Source: Ostreococcus lucimarinus (Eukaryota). Taken from it: a stretch of DNA of 64,000 nt. Position numbers and translations under genes: made by a program. Positions 19,277 through 28,789 of the stretch are shown here, one piece after another. Under the pieces are notes generated by a model, which searched no databases, was not told where the DNA came from, and worked only from the letters and a program-made list of their open reading frames with translations. Each line of letters starts with the position of its first letter. The first letter of the stretch is position 1. Where the stretch lies: assembly GCA_000092065.1 (NCBI GenBank), contig CP000582.1; one strand, written 5' to 3'.

Positions 19277-19447
19277 TGAACTCGCGAGCGAATTTGCGAC
19301 ACGCGTCGCGTCACGGTCGACGCGCTGGCGTGTGCTGCACAAGCAGGCGGCGGGACAACGCCGTATTCGGCGAGAAGACGCATTTGAACATTCGTCGGCG
19401 TGTCCGTCACAATGGGCTAGTCTATATCAGCTAATTATCGTGTATTT

Positions 19448-21646
19448 TCATTCGTCGTCGTCGTCTGAATCGCTCTCGTCGTCGTCCTCGAGATCGTAAA
19501 CTTGAACGCGCGTAGCGCCGACGAGAACGCTCGCCAGGCCGCGGTTCGCGCTGACGGCTAAAGGCGCGAGCGGCTCGACGCAGGGTAAAACGCGCTCGCG
19601 AATTTGTATGGAGTTCAAATCCACCAGCGCACCATCGCGCGGCAGCGCTTGAAACGCGCCATCATCCAGGAGCACGAGTCGCGCCTTGGCGCCTCCCATC
19701 ACGTCCTTGGGCTTGAGGAGGAGCGCGATGGAATCGCCCTTGTAAGCGCACGCGTCGACGATGAGCTCGTTCGGCGTTGTCACTGTTGCGGTTCTAAGGC
19801 ACTTATCGTCAAACGCGCGATACATGTGCACGCGATCTCGCAAAGTGTCGACGTGGAAACTTTCTCTGTGCGCTTCGACGGCTTCGGCGTTGGAAAACAC
19901 TGATTGCTCGGTGTTGTCCTGCACCTCATCCGCGTACGTCCACGCACATTTTGCGCTCAACACATCACATGACGATTCTAAAACACCGTTTACTTCACGT
20001 GTGATGCGCGTGAGCGTTTCACACAACGAAAGCGGCTCGCCATCCGAAAGGGCATCGTTGAGTCGTAGCATGGATTCGAGAGGAGGCTGCGCGCCGCGCA
20101 AGAATACTCCGTCGCCGGTGTGCACACGGTCATGACGCACTGAAAGTGCGTAGTCAAGACAATCTTGAGAAACGCCGTTTTTGCTGAACGCCAAATCCAA
20201 GTACTCTTTTACTAAATCCAAACGTGGCGACGGAAGCTGAGCGCCGTGCGCGTCGCCGTCTTCGGCGACGATTTGCGCTCTAATGATGTACACGAAAAAT
20301 GCACGCAGTTGCATCGTTCGTTTTGTCACCACGCGCCCGGCGTCGATAATGGCAAATGTGAACTGCTCACACATCTTTATGACTTCTTCCACGCGCGATT
20401 CATCGATGCCCACGCCATCTGATCCGTAACCGAGTCGCGCCAACCCGAGCAGGGCGTTCAGCCGAAGCATGATGTCATCCATCAAAGGAGCGACCACGCT
20501 CACGAGATGCTCGTGCACGATCGTTAACGCAACGTCTACATCTTTCGCCATTCGCTTGACGTGCGCCATTTTGAATGTGGTCATAAAGAAATGCTCCAAC
20601 GCTTCGTCAAACGTTCCCGTCGTCAAAAGCATCAACAGTCGCTCGCGAAGTTCATAGTACAGGTCCATTTCTTCGCCGTACATCTCTGTCATGAGTAACG
20701 TGTCCGTAAACTGCTTAAATTGATCATCGAGACGACGTTTGTACCCTTGCTCGTACTTCGCGCTAGCTTCCCGCACGACGATAATCGCGCGCTCCAGTGA
20801 CGTCTTCAAGTGCGCAGCGTGCGTGGACACCAAATACACCTCTCTTACGTGCACCGCCATGTACGCCGCGTCCAATCGCGCGAAAGAAGCCTTTCTTCGC
20901 GATGCGTCGCGAACTATCGCATCAACGCTCGTAAAATCATCTCTCGACGCCAACGCCTCGACGCTGCCTGTCTTCGCGAACGCGTCTCGCCATAAGCCCA
21001 CGCGAAACATCCCGAACGCGTGCATCGCGACCACCCCGTTCGCGTTCGCCGCGACGAGGGCGCTAAACTTGCCCGTACTTTCAAAATGATCCACCAACCC
21101 GGCGGCGTTCCACGACTCGCGCTTGCCCGTGAATCTCGCGCTCGCGCCGCCTTCTCTCTCCCGCGCGCCGTCGCGCGTGCCGTTCCATCCGTGCCTCGCC
21201 GCTCGACTCTCGTCGCGCACCACCGCTCCCTCGCGCGCGTCGATCCATCGTAAGCACGTGATTCCACACCCATCGCTTCCGCCTTCTCCGCCTTTATCCC
21301 GTTCCGCCGCTGTCCCGCTCGCGCCGTCGCGCGCGTCCCGCTCGAAGCCTTCCAGCCCCGTAATCACCCTCAAACACTCCCCGTCCTCCGTCGCGTGCGC
21401 CGTGATCGCTCCCGAGGCGTAGCCGACGACGAGAACCTTGCCGTCCGGGCGAAACGTCGCGCGCGTGGGCGTTTCGAGCTCGGGCGCTAAGGTTTTCGTC
21501 CAGAGTTTGTTCCAGTTCAACCGAAACGCGGTTAAAGTGCCGCCGTTCGCGCACGCGACGACGACGAGATCCATCGTCGGACACAGCGCGATCGTCGTCG
21601 CGGGTGCGCCGAGCTTTGCGTCTCGCGCGAGGACGAAGGACGTCAT
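19448..21646 (-). CDS. ANAPC4: Anaphase-promoting complex subunit 4 (APC4) with N-terminal WD40 beta-propeller
   Basis: TIALCPTMDLVVVACANGGTLTAFRLNWNKLWT matches the APC4 N-terminal signature (WSPKRDLIALANTAGEVLLHRL..W). A long helical C-terminal domain follows. The track start is TTG; the ATG at about 21646 is MTSFVLARDAKLG. Confidence 0.75.
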   Translation of the reverse strand: MTSFVLARDAKLGAPATTIALCPTMDLVVVACANGGTLTAFRLNWNKLWTKTLAPELETPTRATFRPDGKVLVVGYASGAITAHATEDGECLRVITGLEGFERDARDGASGTAAERDKGGEGGSDGCGITCLRWIDAREGAVVRDESRAARHGWNGTRDGAREREGGASARFTGKRESWNAAGLVDHFESTGKFSALVAANANGVVAMHAFGMFRVGLWRDAFAKTGSVEALASRDDFTSVDAIVRDASRRKASFARLDAAYMAVHVREVYLVSTHAAHLKTSLERAIIVVREASAKYEQGYKRRLDDQFKQFTDTLLMTEMYGEEMDLYYELRERLLMLLTTGTFDEALEHFFMTTFKMAHVKRMAKDVDVALTIVHEHLVSVVAPLMDDIMLRLNALLGLARLGYGSDGVGIDESRVEEVIKMCEQFTFAIIDAGRVVTKRTMQLRAFFVYIIRAQIVAEDGDAHGAQLPSPRLDLVKEYLDLAFSKNGVSQDCLDYALSVRHDRVHTGDGVFLRGAQPPLESMLRLNDALSDGEPLSLCETLTRITREVNGVLESSCDVLSAKCAWTYADEVQDNTEQSVFSNAEAVEAHRESFHVDTLRDRVHMYRAFDDKCLRTATVTTPNELIVDACAYKGDSIALLLKPKDVMGGAKARLVLLDDGAFQALPRDGALVDLNSIQIRERVLPCVEPLAPLAVSANRGLASVLVGATRVQVYDLEDDDESDSDDDDE

Positions 21647-21833
21647 CGCGGCGCGGTGTGCGGTTGATTCTTCAGTGGATGCGCGCGGCGCGACAGCCAG
21701 AGCGACAGACGCGGCGAATTTCAAACTCGGGGGGCGACAAACAGCGGCGAATCGAGCGGGCGGTGTGGCTAAGACTGTCTTATGATACAAGAGGCTAGTT
21801 ATTACGGTTCGCGGTTGACGATGACGAAGTCCA

Positions 21834-23144
21834 TCACGCGACGTTGGCGACGCTTTCGGCGCCGCGCGGCCGCGATAAAAAGGAGAAATCGGGCTCGACG
21901 ACGGGCTTTAAAAACAGCACTGGTTGCGCCATCAACGCGTTGCCGACGATCAAAGGGAGCCAGAGCGCGCCCGCGGAGAGGCGGAACGACAGTGGGGCGG
22001 CGGGCCACACTCGATCGATGAGCATGCTGAACCCGCGAACGAGCAAGATGTGCGTGAGATAGCAGTAGAGCGTTCGCGAACCCATGGCGGTGATGAAGGA
22101 CTTCTTACTCGGCACGAGCGCCAAGACGCCCAAGCCGGCGAATGCGGTGAAGACGTAAAGCGCGATGCGTTTGAGCATGTCGATGAACTGCGCGGCCACG
22201 GAGGACGACTTGTACGGCGCGATGGACCAGATGAACCACTGCACGTCGTCGAAGCACTCTTCGAAGACGTTGAGCACGACGTAGAGAAGCGCGTACGCCA
22301 CCGCGAGAACAATCGCCCCGAACGTCGCGCGACGACCGTAATCGATACTCTGCAAGCGCTGCAAGTGCTCCGGCTTCAACGCGACGCAGCCGAGGAAAAA
22401 ATACACGGAATACACGAAGACGCGCTGCCAATCGAAAGCCGCGTTTCCATTCTTCGTCGTCGCCGTCTCCGTGAACCCCACGAACAGCCCCATGAACACA
22501 CTCAGCGCCACGATGACCCCATTTCGTAACCCCCCCACCACGAGCACGCTCATGCGCCAAAAGAACAGCGCGAGCAAGTACCACATCACCCCCACCGGCG
22601 CCCACCACTGCAGCGGCGCGACGTCGTAATAATTAATCGCCACGTAAAACGCCTGCCACACCGCGTACGTCCCCAACAGCGTCCCGAACGCCCCTCGCAC
22701 GCGCACCAACAAATTCACCGCGCTCGCCTCGTCCTCCCTCGCCGCGCGGAGCCAACTCTTCGACAGGTATCCGCTCGCGCCCGCGAACAACGGCATCCCC
22801 GTCGCGCACAACACCAAATATAACGTTCGCACGTGTCCGTGCGTCGTCGCGTTCACCGCGTCCCTCTCGCACCACCCTCGCCGCTCGTGCGCGTCCAGCG
22901 CTCTCAGGAACTCCTGCAGCGCGTGATTCCACACGACGATCAGCATGAGCGCGTACTTCAGGTTGTCCAGGTACGCGTCCCGTCGGTCGCTCGCGCGTTC
23001 GTCGAACGCGCGCGGCGTCGCCGCGTCCGCGTCCAGGCTCGCGTCGAGGTTTCTCGCCCGTCGCGTCGCGCGCGCGTCGCGCGACATCGCGTATCCGGTC
23101 GCGTCGCCGTCTCGCGCCGTCGCGTAACACCATCCAGTTTTCAT
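21834..23144 (-). CDS. Acyltransferase family 3 (OatA-like) multi-pass membrane protein
   Basis: True ATG at 23144. LDNLKYALMLIVVWNH opening motif of PF01757, and about 10 predicted hydrophobic helices. Confidence 0.65.
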   Translation of the reverse strand: MKTGWCYATARDGDATGYAMSRDARATRRARNLDASLDADAATPRAFDERASDRRDAYLDNLKYALMLIVVWNHALQEFLRALDAHERRGWCERDAVNATTHGHVRTLYLVLCATGMPLFAGASGYLSKSWLRAAREDEASAVNLLVRVRGAFGTLLGTYAVWQAFYVAINYYDVAPLQWWAPVGVMWYLLALFFWRMSVLVVGGLRNGVIVALSVFMGLFVGFTETATTKNGNAAFDWQRVFVYSVYFFLGCVALKPEHLQRLQSIDYGRRATFGAIVLAVAYALLYVVLNVFEECFDDVQWFIWSIAPYKSSSVAAQFIDMLKRIALYVFTAFAGLGVLALVPSKKSFITAMGSRTLYCYLTHILLVRGFSMLIDRVWPAAPLSFRLSAGALWLPLIVGNALMAQPVLFLKPVVEPDFSFLSRPRGAESVANVA

Positions 23145-23308
23145 CAGTCAGAAGCGTCTTAACACACGGATCATCGGTCGGACGCGCTTGAACACACGGA
23201 CCATCAGCGCCGCCGACGACGATCGACGCGCGCGCGCGACGTCGGACATCGCGCGACGCCGCGCGCGCTCGGACGCCGCGACGACGCCGCGGTCGACGCC
23301 GGTCCGCG

Positions 23309-25399
23309 ATGTCCGACACGGCTCGCGCGACGCGGGTGAAGAATAAAGCGCCCGCGCCGGTGCAAATCACCGCGGAACAAATCGTGCGCGAATCCGCGGA
23401 GCGCGCGGAGGACGTGTACGGGGCGCCGAAGCGGAAGATCGCGGACCAGGAGGAGCTGAAGGAGTACAGATACGAACAGCGGAAGCAGTTCGAGGATCGA
23501 GTGCGGTCGTCGTACTGGGAACCGCGGGCGTGGATACGGTACGCGAAGTGGGAGGAGGGACAGGGGGATTTGCCGAGGGCGCGAAGCGTGTGGGAGCGAG
23601 CGCTGGAACATCACGGACGGGACGTGCCGATATGGTTGCAGTACGCGGAGATGGAGATGAAGAACAAAGCGATCAATCACGCGAGGAACGTGTGGGAGCG
23701 GGCGTGCTCGACGCTGCCGAGGATTGATGTGTTTTGGTACAAGTACGTGAACATGGAGGAGACGCTCGGGCAGGTTGCGGCGGCGAGACAGGTTTTCGAG
23801 AAATGGATGAAGTGGGAACCCGAACACACGGCGTGGAACGCGTATGTGAAGATGGAGCAGAGGTACGGGGAGAAAGAGCGGGCGAGGGATATCTTTCAGC
23901 GGTATGTGCAGGTGCACCCGGACGTGAAGGCGTGGACGCGCTGGGCAAAGTTTGAGTTTTCGTCGGGCGAACGCGACAAGGCGCGCGAGGTGTACGAAGC
24001 CGCGGTGGAGTTTCTGCGGAACGAACCAGAGGTTGGGAACTTATACGCCAACTTTGCCAAGTTTGAGGAGATGTGTCACGAAGTTGAGCGCGCTCGGGCG
24101 ATTTATAAATTCGCTCTCGATCGTTTGCCCAAGGAGCAAGCCGAGTCTGTGTACAAGGAGTTTATGAAGTTTGAAAAGATGCACGGAAATCGAGAAGGGA
24201 TCGAGGACGTCGTTGTGGGGCAACGACGGTTCAAGTACGAGGAAGAAGTGTCCAAGAATCCGCTGAACTACGACACTTGGTTCGATTACATTAGACTAGA
24301 AGAAAACGCCGGCGACATGGCGAAGACGCGCGAGGTGTACGAACGCGCCATCGCCAACGTGCCGCCAGCGAACGAAAAACGCTTTTGGCAGCGATACATT
24401 TATATTTGGATCAACTACGCGCTTTACGAAGAGCTCGAGGCGCGAGACGTGGAACGCACGCGAGAGGTGTACCGAGCGTGCCTCAAGGTGATTCCACACG
24501 CCGAGTTTTCGTTTTCAAAGATTTGGATCATGGCGGCAAAGTTCGAGCTTCGTCAGCGACGACTCGATGCGTGCCGTAAGATTTTTGGATTGGCCATTGG
24601 ATTAGCACCGAAGGCAAAGATATTCGCGACTTACATTGAGATCGAGTTCCAGCTCGGGAACGTCGACAGGTGTCGCACCCTGTACGAAAAGTACTTGGAA
24701 ATTGAGCCGCAAAATTGCTCGACGTGGATCAAGTACGCCGAACTCGAGCGATCGCTCGGAGAAATCGAACGTGGGCGCTCGATTTTCGAACTCGCGGTTG
24801 ATCAGGCCATGCTAGACATGCCGGAGGTACTTTGGAAGGCGTACATCGATTTCGAGACGTCCGAGGGAGAGCGCGAGCGTACGCGCGCGCTTTACGAGCG
24901 TCTTCTCGAGCGTACGAAGCACGTCAAGGTATGGATGTCTTACGCGCGCTTCGAAGCAACACCGATTGTTGTTGTGGATGACGACGCCGACGACGCTGCG
25001 ATAGCCGCCGCCACCGCCGCGGCGGAGAACGACGAGCACGAACGCCTCGAGACGCGCCAAGCGAAAAGCCGCGCCGTGTACGAGCGAGCGCTCGCTGAAC
25101 TCAAAGAAATCGATCCAGACGCCAAAGAAGAGCGTGTCATGCTTCTCGAGGCGTGGAAGTCATTCGAAGACACCTTACCGAGCGAATTCTCGAAATCCGC
25201 CGACGTCAAGGCGCGTCTTCCCAAGCGCGTTAAGCGCAAGCGCGCCGTCGAGGACGACGACGGTCGCGAAATCGCACAGGAAGAGTACTACGATTACGTC
25301 TTCCCCGACGACGCCGGCGCCGCGCAACCGTCGCTCAAGCTTCTCGAAGCCGCGTACGCGTGGAAGAAGGCCAAAGCCGCGGCTGAGGCGACGGATTAA
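23309..25399 (+). CDS. CRNKL1: Crooked-neck-like pre-mRNA splicing factor (CRNKL1/Clf1/Syf3, HAT repeats)
   Basis: True ATG at 23309. The N-terminus VKNKAPAPVQITAEQIVRE...YWEPRAWIRYAKWEEGQGDLPRARSVWERALE is followed by more than 14 HAT repeats (W..Y..FE...). It is colinear with Clf1/CRNKL1. Confidence 0.9.
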   Translation: MSDTARATRVKNKAPAPVQITAEQIVRESAERAEDVYGAPKRKIADQEELKEYRYEQRKQFEDRVRSSYWEPRAWIRYAKWEEGQGDLPRARSVWERALEHHGRDVPIWLQYAEMEMKNKAINHARNVWERACSTLPRIDVFWYKYVNMEETLGQVAAARQVFEKWMKWEPEHTAWNAYVKMEQRYGEKERARDIFQRYVQVHPDVKAWTRWAKFEFSSGERDKAREVYEAAVEFLRNEPEVGNLYANFAKFEEMCHEVERARAIYKFALDRLPKEQAESVYKEFMKFEKMHGNREGIEDVVVGQRRFKYEEEVSKNPLNYDTWFDYIRLEENAGDMAKTREVYERAIANVPPANEKRFWQRYIYIWINYALYEELEARDVERTREVYRACLKVIPHAEFSFSKIWIMAAKFELRQRRLDACRKIFGLAIGLAPKAKIFATYIEIEFQLGNVDRCRTLYEKYLEIEPQNCSTWIKYAELERSLGEIERGRSIFELAVDQAMLDMPEVLWKAYIDFETSEGERERTRALYERLLERTKHVKVWMSYARFEATPIVVVDDDADDAAIAAATAAAENDEHERLETRQAKSRAVYERALAELKEIDPDAKEERVMLLEAWKSFEDTLPSEFSKSADVKARLPKRVKRKRAVEDDDGREIAQEEYYDYVFPDDAGAAQPSLKLLEAAYAWKKAKAAAEATD

Positions 25400-25759
25400 A
25401 CGGATAAACACACCATATCCATCTATGATAGCACTCCAGACCCTTCGAATACGACAAAACCAAAACCTACGCCATCCGTACCTCAACGCCGCGCGCGCTC
25501 GAACGTCACACGCGCTCGCCCGACGCGTACGGCGGACTCGCGCCGGGCCGACACGACGGATCACTGAGGTGACTCCGCGCACACGCACGATTCAGCGCGC
25601 GCACGCGGCGCCCGCGCGCGCCGCGCACGGGCCGCGCGCGAACGCGAATTCCAGGCGGCGACCGACGCGGCGACGCGACCGACGCGCGACGACCAAACGC
25701 GCGTCCATCGGCTACCCGAGCGGTGAAGACGTCGACGTCAGCATCGACATCGACGCCGA

Positions 25760-28427
25760 AATGTCGAAGATCGCGGTCGAGCGCGCGCTGCCGACGATGT
25801 TCAGCGACCTGACGATGACGGACCCCAAGCACTGGCGGTCGACGCACGCGAGAATCGCGAACGGACCGGTGGTGCCGCAACAACTCATCGGTGGGACGCC
25901 GATGATCGATTTGAGTGAATTCAGTGCGAATCCAAAGGTGAAGATTTATGGCAAGTGCGAGTACTTGAATCCGAGCGGGAGTATTAAGGATCGAATCGCG
26001 CAGGAAATTTTGGCGAGAGCGCTGGAAACGGGAGAGCTGAAGGCGGGGATGACGGTCGTCGCGGCGACGAGTGGGAACACGGGTGCGGCGATTGCGATGG
26101 CGTGTGCGATTCGCGGGTTTCCATACATCGTGATTACGAATCAGAAGACGAGCAAGGAGAAGATTGACGCCATGCGGGCGTATGGGGGGGAGGTCATCGT
26201 CGCACCGAGCGGGGTGCCGGCGGATCACCCGGATCATTATCAAAACATCGAAGCGACGATGTGCGCAAAAAATCCGAAATTTTATGGTGTGAATCAATAC
26301 GACAATCCGTACAACGCGGATGCGTACGAAAAGACACTTGGTCCTGAGATTTGGTCGCAAACCGAAGGGGCGGTGACGCACTTCGTCGCCGGTGGCTCGA
26401 CTGGCGGTACGATCACAGGCACGGGTCGTTATCTTAAGAGTGTCGACCCGACGATTAAAATCGTCTTGGCCGATCCCAAGGGAAGCGTTCTGTGGGATTA
26501 TTTTGTGAACGACATTCCTGAAGAAGAACTCGTGGCGAAGAGTTGGGAAGTCGAGGGTGTGGGTAAAGATTCCATTCCGGGTGTACTCGACACCGAATAC
26601 ATTGACGGCGCCGTCATGGGTGACGACAGTAGTTCCTTCCGCATGGTTCGCACGGTTGCTGAATCTTCTGGTGTCTTGCTCGGTGGTAGCTCCGGTCTAA
26701 ACCTGCACGCTGCTCGCGTGCTCTCGAGTCACATCAAGGAGGGGACCATCGTCACGGTACTGTGCGACAGCGGTGTCAAGTACTTGTCCAAGATCTATAA
26801 CGATGAGTGGCTTCAAGCGAAGAATCTTGACAAACCGTTAGCCGACGTTTCGAAGTACGAAGTCCACTGGAAGAACGGCTCGCATGAAGTAACGGAGGAT
26901 GAAGAAAACGACAGCTTGTGGGGCCGTGAACAGGAAGAGAAAGAACTTCGTTTCCTCGATGAAGTGGCGACGCACATGGTTGAATACCACCGTAACTCGA
27001 TTCGAGCGACGGAACCGGTGAGTGTGTACAACTCTCCCGCCGATCTCCACGCCAGCTTCGAAGAGATGGGCGTTCCACTGAATTTTCGCTCCGGCGAATC
27101 GCCAATTTCCATCAACAATCTTACAACCGCTATGAATGCTGTTTTGGACAACAGTGTGCGAAGCTCGCACCCGATGTTCATGAATCAGCTCTACGCAGGC
27201 GTTGACCCCATCGCGCTCGCGGGCGAATGGGCATCAAGCGCGCTGAACTCAAACGTGCACACCTTTGAAGTAGCACCGATTCTCACCGAAATTGAGCGTT
27301 CAATGCTCGCAAAGATTGCGTCACTCTGGCTTGGAGAGAATGCAGATGGCTCGGCGCCTGATCACGACGGCTTATTTGTACCGGGAGGTTCCATCGCTAA
27401 TCTGTACTCTATGATCTTGGCGCGCGAGCGCGCATGCCCAGAAGCGAAGAAAACCGGAATGCCGCAAGGCTACGTTGCCTTCTGCTCTGAACAATCGCAC
27501 TACTCCTACAAGAAGTGCGCCCACATGATAGGTTTAGGTATGGATAACATGATCAAGGTCGATTGTGGCAAGAATGGTGCCATGCTTCCTGAAGCACTCG
27601 AAGCCGCGATAGCGGCCGCGAAGGCTGCGGGCAAGACACCGTTTTACTGCGGCGCCACGGCGGGGAGCACTGTTTTGGGCGCGTATGACCCGTTTGCTGC
27701 GTTGGCCGACGTGTGTGCCAAAGATAACGTTTGGTTGCACGTCGATGGGGCGTGGGGTGGCGCTGCGCTCGTCTCCAAGCAGCACAAACACTTGATGAAC
27801 GGCGTCGAGCGAGCAGACAGCTTTTGCTGGAACCCGCACAAGCTGTTGGGCATTCCTCTCCAGTGCTCCATCGTTCTGAGTAGACACGCTGGAGAATTCA
27901 TGGCGGCCAATTCTTACAAGGCGGACTACTTGTTCCAGCCCGACAAGAATAACACCGAAGCTGATTTGGGCGATCGCACTATCCAATGCGGCCGCAAGTC
28001 TGACGCGCTCAAATTGTGGCTCGCGTGGAAGTACCGCGGCGACGAAGGTTGGGAAAAACTCGTTGACCACGCCTTCTCTTTGGCCAAGTTCGTCGAAGCA
28101 GAAGTCGTGCAGGACACCACGGGTGCTTGGGCGCTGGCCACACCCGCGCAGTGCGCCAATGTCGGATTCTGGTACGTGCCGCCGCGCCTACGTCCGTTCA
28201 ACAAGGACACCGCGACGCCCGAACAATTCGCGGAAATTGCCAAGGTTGCCCCGAAGCTCAAGGATCGGATGCAACGCGCCGGTGACGCTATGATCGGTTT
28301 CCAACCCGTTCCGGCGCTCAACCTGCCCAACTTTTTCCGTCTCGTATTGCCGAATCCTCGTCACAACAGCGAGACCAAGCTTCGCGAGCTCATGAAGCGC
28401 ATGGACGCGATGGGCGCCGACCTCTGA
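25760..28427 (+). CDS. Bifunctional PLP enzyme. N-terminal cystathionine-beta-synthase/cysteine-synthase-fold domain (PALP) is fused in one ORF to a complete group-II decarboxylase domain (CSAD/GAD family). An alternative in-frame ATG at about 25425 would add an R/T/S-rich presequence.
   Basis: PALP domain: LIGGTPMIDL...YLNPSGSIKDRIA (Lys), TSGNTGAAIAMACAIRGFPYIVI, GGSTGGTITG, DPKGSVL...WEVEGVGKDSIPGVLD (CBS-type). There is no stop between the domains. Decarboxylase domain: SHPMFMNQLYAGVDPIALAGEWASSALNSNVHTFEVAPILTEIERSMLAKIASLWLG (compare GAD/[26 protein letters not shown]...TYEIAPVF...GW). It has the PLP-lysine motif SFCWNPHKLLGIPLQCS. The track ORF starts at a GTG inside the crooked-neck CDS and is therefore trimmed. 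Confidence 0.8.
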
Positions 28428-28649
28428 GTGCGGTCATCCGTCTCTATTTAAACGCACAATAAGCCCACCGTGGGCAACATATTACACGACAATATCACGG
28501 GTTGAAGTCATTATTCGTTTAAATCGTTGTCTTATTAAATCGTTGTCTGGTTGTCAATACAAAACACATCCAAGTTTTGTCGCTTAGCTTCGCGCGCCGT
28601 CGTTTGAACTCGGAACGACAGACGCCAGCGCATCCGTCTCGCCCTCGCC

Positions 28650-28703
28650 ATGGTTCGCGTCAAAACCATCGAAATCGCGTGGCACAACGTCGAGAAAACA
28701 AAC
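28650..28703 (+). CDS. CHAF1B: Chromatin assembly factor 1 subunit B (CAF-1 p60) exon 1
   Basis: ATG at 28650. MVRVKTIEIAWHN(VEKTN) matches the human CAF1B N-terminus MKVITCEIAWHNKEP. It is followed by donor GTACGCGCG. The exon end is uncertain (28688 or 28703). Confidence 0.5.
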
Positions 28704-28789
28704 GTACGCGCGCATCGCGCCCTCGCCGCGCGCATCGCGCGTCGCATTCGTCGCACTAACGTCTCGTCGTCGTCACTTTTCGAACGCAG
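28704..28789 (+). other. CHAF1B: Predicted intron of CAF-1 p60 (about 86-100 nt, acceptor gcAG at 28788-28789)
   Basis: The downstream frame opens only after a TAA at 28757. The splice gives ...AWHN..|[29 protein letters not shown], matching EPVYSLDFQHG...LASAGVDTNVRIWKV. Confidence 0.45.

Noticed and set aside
25134-25424. Track start of the 1097-aa ORF, which would overlap the last 265 nt of the crooked-neck gene
   Set aside because: The start is a GTG inside another gene's conserved C-terminus. The encoded segment is low-complexity. Real ATGs exist at about 25425 and about 25760, just after the crooked-neck stop.
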